The position numbers were made by a program, and so were the translations under genes. From Mobula hypostoma (lineage: Eukaryota), in NCBI RefSeq assembly GCF_963921235.1, contig NC_086105.1, positions 128,960,001 through 129,024,000 of the forward strand: a stretch of DNA of 64,000 nt. Direction: 5' to 3'. The notes beneath the pieces were generated by a model, which ran no database searches, was not told where the DNA came from, and was given only the letters and a program-made list of their open reading frames with translations. This document shows positions 25,241 through 39,473 of this stretch, piece after piece (the first letter of the stretch is position 1; each line of letters starts with the position of its first letter).

Positions 25241-25545
25241 AAGATTGAAGATTAAAGCTTTATTTCGAAACATACTGCGAAATGCATGATTTGAGTCAAC
25301 GACCAACATAGTCCGAGGACTGTGCAGTGGGCAGCCTGCAAGGGCCAACAGAGCATGCCCACAACTTACTAACCCTAACCCCCACGTCTTCGGACTGTGG
25401 GAGGAAACCGGAGCACCCAGAGGAAACCCACGCAGTCACAGGGAGTACTGACAGACTCGTTACAGACAATAACATGAATTGAACCTCAATCTTCCGATCA
25501 CTAGCGCTGTAAAGCTTTACACAAACTGCTGTGCTACCGTGCTGT
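25241..25545 (-). mobile_element. tRNA-derived V-SINE (HE1-like)
   Basis: V-domain GGGAGGAAACCGGAGCACCC..GGAAACCCAC on plus strand; tRNA-like head at right end. Confidence 0.75.
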
Positions 25546-26212
25546 TCTCAATGATAAAAATTGGGATAGCTCCCAATTCCGAAAGGTGAGCATAAAGTAA
25601 CTGAATTTCCAATCCAGATCTTTTGGAGGTGCAATCTTTTGGATGAGACTTTAAGTTGTGGCCCAATCTGCTTCCTCAGGCGGGTGTGGAAGATTCCATA
25701 GTAACATGACAATATGTGAGTGGACCAACTCAACTGATAAGCCAACTTGACCTTGTGCGCCACCCACCCAGTAGAAAGTCCCGTCTTCACACAAAGAGAT
25801 GCTCTACATTGTCCGGTGTGGCATTGCCAATGAACAGATTTGACAATTCAAACCTGGGTAAACAGAAGATCAAAACTGGTTCAGGAGAGAATGCCAGACC
25901 AGCACTCCTCCTAAAACTGAGGTCCTATCCTGACGAAGCTGTGCTAAATCTATTGAATCAAGCAATCTCACAATCAGTGGATCAGATCAAAGCTGAGAGA
26001 AAGGTGAGAAAGGTGGTGAATAATTAAATAGCCTATAGAAGAGTGAGCCAAGAACATCCCCATCTTCAGCAACGAAAGGGCCCGTCCCATGCAACCATGC
26101 CAAGTGAAAGATCCATGCCATTTGCTGTGATGATCTACACTGTCACAGAAGCCAGTCTTCAGCCAGCTTAATTTGCCCCTCAAAAATAAATAGCATCATT
26201 AAACTCCCGACT

Positions 26213-27420
26213 AGGAGTTGAGGATGCCATCCTCTACCTGCTGAACCGTGTCAACGCCCACCTGGACAAGCCAGCGAGCACTGTGAGGGTCATGTTTTTT
26301 GACTTCTCCAGTGCATTCAACACCATCCGCCCTGCTCTGCTGGGGAAGAAGCTGACAGCGACGCAGGTGGATGCTTTCCTGGTGTCATGGATTCTAGATT
26401 ACCTGACTGGCAGACCACAGTACATGTGCTTGCAACACTGTGTGTCCGACAGAGTGATCAGCAGCACTGGGGCTCCACAGGGGACTGTCTTGTCTCCCTT
26501 TCTCTTCACCATTTACACCTCGGACTTCAACTACTGCACAGAGTCTTGTCATCTTCAGAAGTTTTCGGATGACTCTGCCATAGTTGGATGCATCAGCAAG
26601 GAAGATGAGGCTGAGTACAGGGTTACGGTAGGAAACTTTGTCACATGGTGTGAGCAGAATTATCTGCAGCTTAATGTGAAAAAGACTAAGGAGCTGGTGG
26701 TAGACCTGAGGAGAGCTAAGGTACCGGTGACCCCTGTTTCCATCCAGGGGGTCAGTGTGGACATGGTAAAGGATTACAAATACCTAGGGATACGGGTTGA
26801 CAATAAACTGGACTGGTCAAAGAACACTGAGGCTGTCTACAAGAAGGGTCAGAGCCATCTCTATTTCCTGAGGAGACTGAGGTCCCTTAACATCTGCCGG
26901 ACGATGCTGAGGATGTTCTACGAGTCTGTGGTGGCCAGTGCTATCATGTTTGCTGTTGTGTGCTGGGGCAGCAGGCTGAGGGTAGCAGACACCAACAGAA
27001 TCAACAAACTCATTCGTAAGGCCAGTGATGTTGTGGGGATGGAACTGAACTCTCTCACGGTGGTGTCTGAAAAGGAGGATGCTGTCCAAGTTGCATGCCA
27101 TCTTGGACAATGTCTCCCATCCACTACATAATGTACTGGGTGGGCACAGGAGTACATTCAGCCAGAGACTCATTCCACTGAGATGCAACACAGAGCATCA
27201 TAGGAAGTCATTCCTGCCTGTGGCCATCAAACTTCACAACTCCTCCCTTGGAGGGTCAAACACCCTGAGCCAATAGGCTGGTCCTGCACTTATTTCCTGG
27301 CATAATTTACATATTACTATTTAAATATTTATGGTTTTATTACTCTGTATTATTTATGGTGCAACTGTAACGAAAACCAATTTCCCCCAGGATCAATAAA
27401 GTATGACTATGACTATGACT
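26213..27420 (+). mobile_element. Young Rex-Babar LINE, 5'-truncated, RT ORF 26283-27131
   Basis: FFDFSSAFNTI, GAPQGTVLSPFLF, KFSDD, YKYLG; single frameshift near 27070; AATAAA plus (ATGACT)3 tail. Confidence 0.9.
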
Positions 27421-27639
27421 AAAATGGCTGGATACAGCAATAACTCAGGGAACAGGTCAGCTGGAGTGGTGAAGATCTGCGCTCCAGAGCTAGTCACGAC
27501 TCTAGCCAGGCTATTCCAAAACCATGGATTACTGAGCTAACAAAGAGAAACAGTAAATGGAAATTGCAACACAGGTTATTTCTTTAAAGTGTTACTATGA
27601 AACCAAGGAGTAACACATGGTTACTTGTCATTCAATTAC

Positions 27640-27748
27640 CTGCTTGGCTACTGCTTTCGCCAAATCTTTCGTTGTTTCTGTTTTTCCAGTTCCTGCTGGT
27701 CCTTCTGGGGCACCGCCAAGGTTTAATTTTAATGCTCCCATCAATGTC
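27640..27748 (-). CDS. DNAH3: DNAH3 exon 21, AAA1 P-loop ([20 protein letters not shown])
   Basis: tcaag| / |gtaat, 109 nt, phase 2->0; Walker A. Confidence 0.95.
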
Positions 27749-28013
27749 CTTGATAGTTGACAAGAAAAATGCAACACTTAATCAGGAGAATAAAGATAAT
27801 ATGCATATCTCATGGATTTTCCAAACTACCTGAACACTATATATTTTTACTATTCAAGTGCCATAACCTGTCTGGGTTTAAAAACTGTTTAAACATTCCA
27901 CTAAGTATCATTGTTCTACATATATGAATACTCCTTTACATTAATATAGCTTCCCCCTAATGGGATTAGATTTCATTGACCATGACTTTGCCAGTCTGTT
28001 TATTCCTCCGGAG

Positions 28014-28092
28014 CAGGGATTCCCAACCCAAGGTCCATGAACCACTCGGTTAATGGCAAAGCTCCACAGCATAAAAAAGGTGGGAACCCCTG
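28014..28092. mobile_element. hAT-type MITE, 79 bp
   Basis: TIR CAGGGATTCCCA / TGGGAACCCCTG; 8-bp TSD CTCCGGAG / CTCTGGAG. Confidence 0.85.
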
Positions 28093-29042
28093 CTCTGGAG
28101 GATTATACGGGTTGCAGTTTGGTTTTAATGATGTTCTCCAATCAGATTCTGATCATGTACAGTGTTCTGTGCCTTAATATCTCCATTTCTGGTTGAAAGC
28201 TGCAGGGGAAAAACCAAACTGCAGGAAGCTTTTGTTGCCTCTGATAACAAAAACAGAAGGACACTTGCTATTAGAAGCCATTTCACGGTACAAACTCATC
28301 ACTAATGTCCTTCAGGGAAGAACTAGTATTCTTACTCGGTCTGTACCTGCTTTCCACCCCACAACAATGTATTTGACTGCCCTCTTAAAAGGTATAGCTA
28401 TCTCCTCAGTTTTATCAAACCACCAACTAAAATAATGGTCAGAACAGATAATGCACAGCAAAGGACCCATTCCTGGGCAGTGCTCCATGAACTGATGGAA
28501 GTCCTTCACCACAATTAAGTAATCACTCAAGGAAGATTGCTGCATCTTTTCGTTAGCAAGTAGGGAACATAAAATCTAGTCTTCTCAGTAACATCATCAA
28601 TGCATATATGCATAAAGAAAAACAGAATTATTGTTCTGTAAATCTGCTCTGTAAATAAGCCTCAGTAAGTATTTTTAAGTATCGCTAAAGAACTGCAAAA
28701 TATTTATACAATGGATCTGGCAATACTGGCTGGAGTCTAACCAAGACCCCAAGTTACTTCAGTTACTACATACAAAACACACATTTCCTGAATGAGCTGA
28801 AATTCATTCAAATTTTCAATTGAAAGATCAGCATGAAGGAAAATTAAGTATTTGGGTGTTTCCCAATTATTATCAAATAAAATGCATGGATTGGATTCAC
28901 TTAAATTTCTGAAACTAAAATGACTTCGGATCAATTTGAAATTTCGAAAAGGCGTATTTGGTGGGTTTCATAATCATCAAACTAGACAAAAATTAGGCCT
29001 TCCCTTTTTTTCTTTTAAGTACAGACATGCATCTTCATATAA

Positions 29043-29341
29043 TAGGCATCCATTAGTCTCACGAGACCATGTATTTGAGCCTTGAAAGGTTTCCAGGGCG
29101 TAGGCCTGGGCAAGGTTGTTTGGAAGACCAGCAGTTGCCCATGCTGCAAGTCTCCCCTCTCCACCGATGTTGTCCAAGGGAAGGGCATTAGGACCCATAC
29201 AGCTTGGCACCGGTCTCGTCACAGAGCAATGTGTGGTTAAGTGCCTTGCTCAAGGACACACACACTGCCTCAGCCAAGACTCGAACTAGCGACCTTCAGA
29301 TCACTAGATGAACGTCTTAACCACTTGGCCATGCGCCAACA
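29043..29341 (-). mobile_element. Full-length tRNA-derived SINE
   Basis: 13-nt TSD CATCTTCATATAA (29030-29042 / 29342-29354); A box TGGCCAAGTGG, B box GTTCGAGTC; 3' tail shared with 40932-41100. Confidence 0.85.
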
Positions 29342-29368
29342 CATCTTCATATAAACTTACCAACTTTC

Positions 29369-29369
<1 letters not shown>

Positions 29370-29403
<34 letters not shown>

Positions 29404-29418
29404 GCACGCACACGCACA
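29370..29418. repeat. (CA)n/(CACG)n microsatellite
   Basis: Direct reading. Confidence 0.9.
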
Positions 29419-29676
29419 AGGCAGAAACCTTAATTCAAAGACATTTCATTCACAGACAAAATTACTTCGCAGAAATATTAATCTAAGTTGCTATATCAAG
29501 TTGCTATGCTAGTACCAGAAGCAGGTGACACCTGCACAATCCTTTCTGATTTGATTTGACACAGACTGCGCATTTCACTGTATGTTTCAATGTGCATGTG
29601 ACAATTAAGGCTAATCTTCATACCAGAAGCACAGAGTGGACAGTTTCTTACAGAAGAATAAACAGCGGTACTTTAC

Positions 29677-29875
29677 CTGTAACATCGGTCAGTGAGCGGT
29701 GTTATAACAAGTCGGGCAGAGTTACCCAGATATTCGTAACCATATGTCAAAACAGTAGTGATCATACGCACAATCACCTCATCTTCTTCCCAGTAATTTC
29801 TCAGCTGGGATATCCACATGAAATCATTGAGGCTTGATACATTAGCATCTGTCAATTGGGCAACTACATCACGTG
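29677..29875 (-). CDS. DNAH3: DNAH3 exon 20 (ARDVV...[22 protein letters not shown])
   Basis: gacag| / |gtaaa, 199 nt, phase 1->2. Confidence 0.94.
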
Positions 29876-31154
29876 CTGTCAGAACAGAACACACAACTGG
29901 TATATTATAGTCTTTTTAAATACTGTATCTCTAAACCTTCCCTTTTCTCCTATCAAAGTACAGTCCTATTGAGCTGTAGTAACTTCAGTGGCCATTATTT
30001 ACATAAGACAATTCAAATCTGAAACATTGCATCTCTCCAGTACTTCACTCTTCTGGGTTTATATGTGTATACTACCAGAAGCAGAGGCTGCTAAACATTC
30101 AGGTGAAGAAACTGAAAATACTTCCACTTCCAGAGGATTAGGGAGATTTATTGCATTCCTATCCCTGCCCTAGGCGACCAACTAGTCAAACGTAGAACCT
30201 GTTATGCGCCAGACTCACAGAAAAGCATGGTCTGACTTGGATGGTCAAAGTCACATGGTCCACATGGTCCAATTCTGGAGCAGGTGGCCACACCTTCCTT
30301 AGCATTTGTTCTGTTGGTTGAGAATGGTTCAGGTTTTCCTTGGTAAGTTACAGTCTGGGACTTCAACACTTGGGTCAATTACCAGTTTGTGGTTGCTAAT
30401 GTTTGTGATTAACTATCAACAGACGAGACTCTTGTCAGTTTGTAAGGACTTGAAGTGTGATTTAACAACACAGGAATGAGAGCAACATCCAGTTGGCCCT
30501 TTGTGCCTGTTCTGACATTTAATAAGATCACAGCTGATCTCTAATCTGAGTCACTTCTCTGTATTTGCTCCATATCCTCTGATCTCTAAAAATCCATCTC
30601 TCAATCTCTGTTTAATCTTCAGCAGAGAATTACAGAGAACCACCACCATCTGGGTGAAGAATCAGATTCAGGCTTACTACCACTGACGTACATCATGAAA
30701 TTTTTTGTTTTTGTGGCAGCAATACAATGCAAGACATAAAATTTACTATAAGCTACAATAAAAATAAATAAAAGTGCAACAGAGGAATAGTGAGGTAGTG
30801 TTCAAGGGTTCACGTCTCAGTCCTGAATAATCAAGCTCACACTTTGTGAAACCCAAAACAAATTATGTTCCAAACCAACAAAACTTGTTCAATGATTCTC
30901 TTCAAAGAACTCGGCTGTATTATGCAAAAAAAGCCAGCTCTATTATGTGAAGGTAACAAATTCCTTTCTTTGAAATGAATTTGTCACCTTTACATAATGT
31001 AGCTGACTTTTCAAAGCTTTAGTTGTCTGGGCAACTTCATAGCTTTATCACTTCTGCCCACATCCTCAGAACAAATTATTTAAGAAAATGTGACTTGCCG
31101 AAACAAACATCTTACTGTTCCTTCTCCCAGAGAAAAGCTTCGGACAATAATTAC

Positions 31155-31269
31155 CATGCACATCGATGACAATCAGTGCTCCAAGAGTCATGCGTTCTCC
31201 ACTAGATAGCTTTCCTCGCACCAGTTCCACTATTTCATTGATCTGTTCATTACTTTTCTGTAGATAATC
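31155..31269 (-). CDS. DNAH3: DNAH3 exon 19 (DYLQKSN...ALIVIDVH)
   Basis: tgaag| / |gtaat, 115 nt, phase 0->1. Confidence 0.92.
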
Positions 31270-31422
31270 CTTCAAAGCAATGGGGAAATGTGTTTCCATA
31301 GTAATTAGTGCACTCAAAGAGAAAAGCAGTGATCAATACATTTTTTTTCCCGAAATTTGAAGTATTTTCTCCTGTGAGGTTTATCCTCACACCACAATCA
31401 GGCTGACTTGATTTCAACTTAC

Positions 31423-31533
31423 AGCTAAAGTTCCATTTTTAATAGCCTCAGAAACCTGACTGGTCCAGTAGATCGAGGACACGGAAATCACAACCTGTCC
31501 AGGCCACTGAAGAACCCATTTTCTACGAGGAAG
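31423..31533 (-). CDS. DNAH3: DNAH3 exon 18 (LPRRKWVLQWPGQVV...GTLA)
   Basis: tcaag| / |gtaagt, 111 nt, phase 0->0. Confidence 0.92.
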
Positions 31534-32359
31534 CTTGAAAAGAAAAGAATAACACACTTAAGTAATTTCAAATCTCAAATGATAAATATTTTTCAGGATC
31601 ACTGAGTATATAATATTCTCATATTTCCCTTTAACTTAGGAGGAGGTAATTCAATCTACAGAATCTAAGCCTACTCTGGGCTGCTCCGGGGATTTGGATC
31701 CAAGGAGTCAGTTTGGTTTGGAATGCTGTTGTGGTTGCCTACTTCTGTTGTTTGCATGATTTGTTTTGTTTTTTTTAAATTGGGTTCTTTCAGGTACCTT
31801 GCTTTGCGACTGCCTGTAAGCAAACAAATCTCAAGGTTGCATAATTTATACATTCTTTGAAGATAATAAATGCAATTTGAATCTTGATTTTGTTTCTCTG
31901 CTTATTTCGGTATGATGTATTTTCTTTCATGCGTCCATCAGCTCCACAACCACTTCCACTTGGGATAAATTTGCAATTAACTTTATGTGTTTGGGAATGG
32001 GTGGAAACTCGACCCGGAGAAAACCCATTCTGTCATGGGAGTACCTGCAAAGTCCTTACAGGTAGTGGCAGAGTTCAGGGTTGAATCTGGGCCACTGGAG
32101 ATGCAAGCTGCAGTTCTACCTGAGCCACTAACTGCACAACTTTCACCGGCAGATAACATGCTTCATAAGTTTTTATTAAATACCAGAACACTTTGGTTCC
32201 AATATCAACAGAATCTAGTAAAGGATGCACATTTCTTCCTGCTGGGGTACGTTCCAGGGACTATGTTACAATACCGTGGAGATAATTCATGGGTGTTAAA
32301 GGTAAGTACTGAGCTCCATTGTACTGGGAATGGACATCTATTTCTCAAGCTCCCGGTAA

Positions 32360-32720
32360 TGCACCCCTCCTCTCCTCCACCATTCCCCATTCCTGTTTTC
32401 CTCTCCTCACCTCCATCTGGTATTCCTCCCCTTTCCCTTTCCTCCATGGTCTTCTGTCCTCTCCTAACAGATTCCTCCTCGTCCATCCCTTTATCTCTTT
32501 CACCAATCAATTTCTCAGTTCTTTAATTCACACCCTCCCCCTCTCCTGGTTTCACCTATCATCTGCCACCTTGTACTTCTTCCTCCCCTCCCCTCACCTT
32601 CCTGCTCTGACTTCTCCCCTTCCTTTCCAGTCCTGATGAAGAGTCTCGACCCAAAACTCTTTCCCGTAGATGCTGCCTGGCCTGCTGAGTTCCTGCAGCA
32701 TTTTGAGCATGTTGCTTTGT
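32360..32720 (+). mobile_element. Penelope pseudo-LTR
   Basis: CCAGTCCTGATGAAGAGTCTCGACCC followed by family signature. Confidence 0.75.
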
Positions 32721-32905
32721 ATTGTTTTACTGAGTAAACATCCTACCATAACCAGGATATTGATAGGGATGGAATAAACTGATGCAAATACATTAATAAA
32801 AGGCAGTATGAAACACAGGTTACTACTAATTCTATCAATGAGTTGGTAGAAATTATCATAATCATTTATAATTGTTTAATTGTGATCTATATCATTTCCT
32901 ATTAC

Positions 32906-32998
32906 CTGAACATAGTTGGCAATACCTTCCTTAATAACATGCTTTATACTGCTCAACATCATCTCTTCAACTTGCAAAAGCCATTTCTCCACCATACC
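32906..32998 (-). CDS. DNAH3: DNAH3 exon 17 (GMVEKWL...ANYVQ)
   Basis: tacag| / |gtaat, 93 nt, phase 0->0. Confidence 0.92.
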
Positions 32999-33419
32999 CT
33001 GTAAGAAACAACAAAAAAAGCTTATACTTTTCATAAGTTTAGTGTACTGATCTTATAAAACTGACTAACGTCAAAAATAAACATGAAGAAATTATGGGAA
33101 CATGGGGACTGATTTTTTTCATGAAACTCAAAGCAACCCTTCACAGACCTCTGAACGTTTTAAACGTTTGGAAAAAAAGTTGCCAAGATATGTAGTAACT
33201 ACCAGGTGTAACAAAAATTCTTTTAATTTATTGTTTTACGTGCACCATGCATATAACCATGTCCAATCCAACTCACAAATCCACAGTTGAAAACTGAACA
33301 TGTTTTTGTATCTATTTGGAACGAATTTAAGAAATTGGAAGGAATTTCACACTTCCGATACAGAAGAAAACTGAACATCAGTTCTTATGATGAGAAAGTT
33401 TGAAGATACTGGAAATCCG

Positions 33420-33567
33420 AAGCCTCCTCACCGTCCCCCCCACCGTTTTATTCTGGCATCTTCCCCCTTCCATTTCATTCCTAAAGAAGAGTCTCGACAC
33501 AAAATGTTGACTGTTTTCCATAGATGCTGCCTGACCTGCTGAGTTCCTTCAACGTTGTGTGTGTGCT
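33420..33567 (+). mobile_element. Penelope pseudo-LTR fragment
   Basis: Family signature, degenerate core. Confidence 0.65.
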
Positions 33568-33848
33568 AGTTCTTAAGATCTTTGTAGCCCTGAGTAGTGA
33601 TTAGGTCTGAGGTTTAATTCAATTACGATTTTTAGATGTTTTGAAATTAAAATAACCAAAGGTTTTTATATAATTGACCCCTCCTTATTGTAGAAAAGGG
33701 GCAATTTCACAAAAGACCATTGGTTATTCGTTTAACTTTAAAAAATGTTTAAATCATAATTGAACTAAACCTCAGGCTTAATCACTGTAATATGGGTTGT
33801 TCGGTAAGAAGTGAGGAGCAGCTGATAGGCATAGAAGCAAGTGGGTAC

Positions 33849-34050
33849 CTTAGCTTTTGCTGGGTTAATATTTTTAACAAACGGTACAATTTCTCCTTCA
33901 GAGCTAATCATTCCCGTTATTTGAAGCTGATCAGTGAACTGAAGTTTTGCTATCCCTTCAAAGCACTTCTTCAGATGTGGTTGGACTCTGAGTGGGTCTT
34001 TGGTTTCCGAAAGAATTTCGAGCAGTTCATCGTTGGATAAGAAAAAGAAC
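33849..34050 (-). CDS. DNAH3: DNAH3 exon 16 ([14 protein letters not shown]...PAKAK)
   Basis: tacag| / |gtacc, 202 nt, phase 2->0. Confidence 0.93.
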
Positions 34051-34864
34051 CTGTAGAGGACAAAAAAAGGACCCAGAGACTCAGCACACAAGAGAACAAA
34101 CACAATGATTGAGTTCGCTTTGAAAATCGATTTAAAGCTGATTCCCATTCCACTCTTTCTCATCTTTGAATTCTCTTATTCTGACCCACTTCCCCCTTTT
34201 ATTTGACCCAATGCAAGTACTTTCAGTTCAAGCAGTTTCACAAAAAGGAATAAAAAGGAAAATATTTTCAGGACAGTCTAATGATTGCGGTCCCTCCAGA
34301 GAACATTTTAACATCTTTGCCAATAAGCAAAAGGTAAGGGCCTTATGCCCCTTAAGGATGCTGAAATTTAAAGATAAGGAATTAGAAACCATAGAAACCA
34401 CAGCACAGAAACGGGCCTTTTGGCCCTTCTTGGCTGTGCCGAACCATTTTCTGCCTAGTCCCACTGACCTGCACACGGACCATATAAAGAAAAATATATA
34501 TAGAATTCTTTAGGTCAGTGAAGAGAACAAGTGGATAAAATTCCCAAATCATCCAAATTTTTTTACTCCAGCTCAAATTTACTCCAAGTTTTAAATCCCA
34601 GTTCAAATTTCTACGAATAGTGAACTTTAAATGTTTTGCACTCCAGCCTTCTAGCTTTTGAGCATTACCCGGAATATTCCGAATAGACTGCAGAAACTCA
34701 GTTCATTATACTCCCAATCGTAACTCTCCCCAACTGACAGCGCAGTACAACCTGCAACGTGTAATAGCATCCTAGACTTCCAAAGCAATTATTTGGGAGG
34801 AATTTGGCGGAGGGAGGAGTGGAATTTACATTTCATGTATTAGATTTGTTGGATGTGTTGATGT

Positions 34865-35420
34865 TTCATGTATGGAAATATCAATGCCCTTGAATAGAAA
34901 ACATAGTGGATACAGCCCAGTCTATCAGGGGTAAAGCCCTCCCCACCATTGAGCACATCTACATGGAGTGTTGTCACAGGAAAGCAGCATCCATCATCAG
35001 GGATCCTCACCACACAGGTCATGCTTTCTTCTCGCTGCTGCCATCAGGAAGAAGATACAGGAGCCTCAGACTCAGGAACATTTATTACCCCTCAACCTTC
35101 AGGCTGTTGAACCAGAGGGCATAACTTCACTTGCCCAATCACTAAACTGCTGTCACAACCTATGGACTCACTTTCAATGACTCTTCATCTCATGTTCTTG
35201 ATATTTATTGCTTATTTATTTTAAAATTATTATTTCTTTTTTTTCTTTTTGTATTTGCGCAGCTTGTTGTCTTGTCCAAACTGGTTGTCCGCCCTGCTGG
35301 CGCAGTCTTTCATTGATTCTATTATGGTTGTTGAATTTATTAAGCATGCCCACAAGAAAATGAATCTCAGGATTGTTATGGTGACATATGTACTTTGATA
35401 ATAAATTTCCTTTGGACTTT
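34865..35420 (+). mobile_element. Rex-Babar-like LINE 3' fragment
   Basis: KAASIIRDPHH..FSLLPSGRRYRSL plus 3' UTR with AATAAA. Confidence 0.75.
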
Positions 35421-37282
35421 CAGAGAATAACAGGTTTTTAAGCAAACAGATTCAAAGAAAGGAGAGCTGGAAAGGAGGAGGTCAGACCAAGGTCTGTAGA
35501 GACCAGGAGTGACGAAATGATAAGGGTGATGTTGGTGGATAGCTAAAAAAGGCAGTTAAACACTTAACAGATTAGATCAGAGGAGGTGTAAATAATTAGA
35601 GCAAAATAGCAGAGGGAAGGGAAATGTGGAAAAGCGAGGGAATTTAGGAAGCCTCTCCTAGCCCAGGAACATTGATGGGAAACTATAGATCACTTCACAG
35701 GAGCACAGATTCCACCTAGTGGTCATAAACCAACAAAGGACCGCCATCCAAAGCACGAGACTACGCCCCTTTCCAACAGTTTCATTACCAGCACCCAGAA
35801 CACCAGAATCTGTTCCCTAGATAAAATAATAATATCAAACTGATACCTTCAAGCTCCTGACAGAAAGATTGAAAATCTGTTCCAATGAAGTGTGAAGGAG
35901 ACCAATGATAGTGAAGACTAGGAATGATTTTGGGAAATTAGGTAGCATATGACTCGAATACTTGCAGACTGGACAGACTTGACTGTAAGCAACTAGTGCA
36001 GGAAACCAAGCTGGAAGTAAATTGAATCTTGGCTTCATCCTGGAGGTGACCTTTGGACCTTTGATGATGGGAAGGGAGAAATAAAGGTCATAGGTGTTGC
36101 AATTGTTATTCTTTCTACTTCTCTTCTAATAGTTATATCTGTGTTCTTGTAAAGCTACGGTGACACTTTAATTTCCTTTGGGATCAGTAAAGTATCTATC
36201 TATTACTGAATGCTGTGGACCAAGTACTGGGAGATGGAATTAAAACAGAAAGTTGAGAAGGCTGCCCACTGGTTGGTGTGGACAAGTTAGTCCACATGGC
36301 CTATTTCCATGTTGTATGACTCTATCTACAACAGCTCACTCAGGAAGTTAGTTATTGGAGGTGTGGAAGCTGCAGTAAGGCAACGTTTAAAGACAATGTA
36401 CAGGTGAGAACGACAGTGGTGGTGTGCAGTCAACCCAGACCAGTCAGACTGCTGGAGCCACCCCTACTTACTGCAGACGAGATTGGCGAGGATGACTGTG
36501 GTGGTGTGTAATCGACCTTGATGAGTGGAGCCTCTGAAGTGAGACCTTTTCTATAAAAAGTTTTTGAAGAACATTACTTCCCTTTACTCAGTAGGGGATG
36601 CCAGAGACAAACAAGGTAGGGATAACAGAAAGACATGAAACACACCCAACAACTAAGGGACAATTGCTGTACTAACTTCAAACTATCATCAATTGTCAGC
36701 TTGTGGTTTTAATTGACTTTAACATTGCTGATGTGAATGGCGACTGATCTTGCAAAGAAGTGATTCAAACATACATAGTTTAACAAAAGGTCAACACCAT
36801 TAACTAATAAGCCAGTTCTGTACAAAAAACTATCTTTGTTCTGTCCTGCCTTCAGAACAGTGTGGGTGACAGGAAAAACTGTTCTCCTTGTGCACAAGTG
36901 AAATAAAGTATGATTGAGCGGTAAATATGCGTGTGTTCCGAGTCCAGTTATCAGCGACAAGAGGATGAGTATATATTTATAATCAAGAACAATCAAATGT
37001 TTGTTCCAATAAAATTAGTTTGCACATGTCTCTTCTCATAACTGTGTGCTATTCTAACTCATTCTGCAGGTTAGGGGAAGTTAATGAAGCATCCTGTATT
37101 TGTTGCCTAGAATATCTACAGTGCCAGGGCCCTGTAGATTAGAGATGGGTCTGCAAGAAAGGGTATAAGGGGTATGAGTTTTTGCTACCGGAGTATACCT
37201 ATTAGATTCCCTAGGTTGGCAATAACTGAGAGGAAAAATTTTTTTCAGGTGCCTTAATTATGAGGTTTTGAATTAAATAGAA

Positions 37283-37820
37283 GAGTACAGCTCAGGAACA
37301 GGCCATTCGGCCCACAATTCTGTGCCCAACCAGCTATAAAGCAAATCAGAAATGCCAAGCACTAATTCCTCCTACCTACAGCATGTCCACATCCTCCATC
37401 TTCCTTACATCCATGTGCCTATCCAAGCCTCTCTTAAAAGCCTCTAATATATTTGCCTCTACCACCATAGCAGGCAGTGCATTCCAAATATCCATGACTC
37501 TGAGTAAAAACAACTTACCCCTCACATTCTCCTTGAATCTATCCCCTCTCACCTTCAATGCATGCCCTCTGGTATTAAATATTTCAACCCTGGGAAACAG
37601 ATACTCCCTGTCCACTCTATCTATGTCTCTCATAATCTTGTAAACATCTATCAGATCTCCCCTCAGCCTCCGACGCTCCAGAGAAAACAACCCAAGTTTA
37701 TCCAGTCTCTCGTGCTAGCATGAGCCCTCTAAACCCGGCAGCATCCTGGTAAACCTCTCCTGCACCCTCTCCAAAGCCTCAACGTCCTTCCTACAGTGAG
37801 GCAAACCAGAACTGTACGCA
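37283..37820 (-). mobile_element. CR1 LINE 3' fragment
   Basis: FSLERRRLRGDLIDVYKIM..TRGH..WNALP. Confidence 0.85.
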
Positions 37821-38107
37821 ATAGTCATCGTAACTCAATGAAAAACAAATTATTGCCAGTTCTATCTCTGCCAGCCATATTCCAGTAACTGTATCAAAAA
37901 ACATCTTTTGTGTCCTCTGTGGATGCTGGACCCTCAAAAGAGAAAATCAAAGATTAAAGAAGCCCAAAAATTGTTAATATACATTAAATTATTTCCTGAT
38001 TTTCTACAATATCTAACAACTTTTGTTATACTACCATGAATCTTCAATTCTACTCCGTTTAAGTAAAATGAATTAACTCCAGCATATTTTTAAGAAGGAT
38101 CTGTTAC

Positions 38108-38244
38108 CTTGGGAAATAAAGTCTTTTCTTCTCCAGGTACAGATTAAGGCCTTTCTGGATCTCTTCCAAGAGAACATTAGCTTCTACTAATCTTTCCAAC
38201 ATATTTGGCTGAGCAGTAGCTTCCAAAACATGAGTATCTTTTAC
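38108..38244 (-). CDS. DNAH3: DNAH3 exon 15 (VKDTHV...YLEKKRLYFP)
   Basis: ataag| / |gtaac, 137 nt, phase 0->2. Confidence 0.92.
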
Positions 38245-39293
38245 CTTATAACAACAAAATTAACACATTAGAAAAAAAATATCTTGTACTATGTCTCACT
38301 GACAACAAATTAAGACAACCTTTCTCAGAAGACAATCTTTAATCTTATACCCAATTTAAACTAGCAATTATACACTAAACTGTCTCGAGGAAGCAAACTT
38401 ACTGTGTCAGTGGGTGAAATTATGTGTAACATTATGTTATCAATTGAAAATAATGCTAGTTATCTAATAGGGATAATTTAACATTTTGAACACAAGAAAC
38501 AAACTCTTTTTTTCAGCTTATTCACTCACAGGATATAGATATTGCTGGCAATGGACAATAAATGGTGGCCCCTGTGCTGTTAAGTATATAATTAACAGTA
38601 AGAAATACTCAACACCATCACCTGAGTAACACCTACAAAGAGAATGGTAATGTATTTAAAGTGATCCACTGATGTGAACTAGAGGCACCTTGCTAGCTTT
38701 GGTAATAGTCCCAGGTTTCTATCAAACTAAATTAAAAGGTTACTTCCCAGAAAAGGGCAGGGAGAAGGATATCAAAGAATGAGAGGAAGTTCTCCCCTTC
38801 ATTCACACCCTGCAATTCCCGATTCAGGATTAGGTGCAAAACCTGGGAAGAAAATTTGGTAGGAAATAGAAAATAAAGGAAAAGAAAAATAAATACAAAG
38901 TATTTGAAGTACTTTGATTAGGTATGCCAGCAACTCTTCACCTACAGCCCAATATTAACGTGGAAAAATACTAGAAAGCCAAATATTGCTTTCAAAACTT
39001 CCCACAACTCTCCAAGTTTTTGGTATACATGGATGCTATAAAAATGAAGGGTCTCAACAAGGTTGTATAATTTATACATTATTTGATAATAAATGTACTT
39101 TGAATCTTTGTAATATCAACTGTTTATTCCCCTCCATAGATGATGCCTGGCCTGCTGTGTTCCTCCACCATTTTGCCCCTCTCTAAATTTCCTGCATCTA
39201 CTGAATCTCGTGTTTATAAAAATACCTAATATTTATTTTGTTACTTGAATTCAATATTAAGTTTTGAATTGAAGAAATGGGTGATTAACTTAC

Positions 39294-39473
39294 TGCTTCA
39301 AACATTATATCTTTCCAGTAGCCATCTACAATTCCAAACTTCCGACCTTCTTCTGGCATTTGAGCAATGATATCCTCAGAGCTAAAGATAGGCTCTAGGT
39401 AAAGCCAGGTGGCCTGACATTTTAACCAGGCATCAAGAATATTCTGCATCAGCATTAACTTCTCTTCCCAAAG
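39294..39473 (-). CDS. DNAH3: DNAH3 exon 14 (LWEEKL...[13 protein letters not shown]...IMFEA)
   Basis: tctag| / |gtaagt, 180 nt, phase 0->0. Confidence 0.93.

Noticed and set aside
31987-32526. 179-aa ORF
   Set aside because: Chance read-through of a SINE remnant, unique DNA and a Penelope pyrimidine tract
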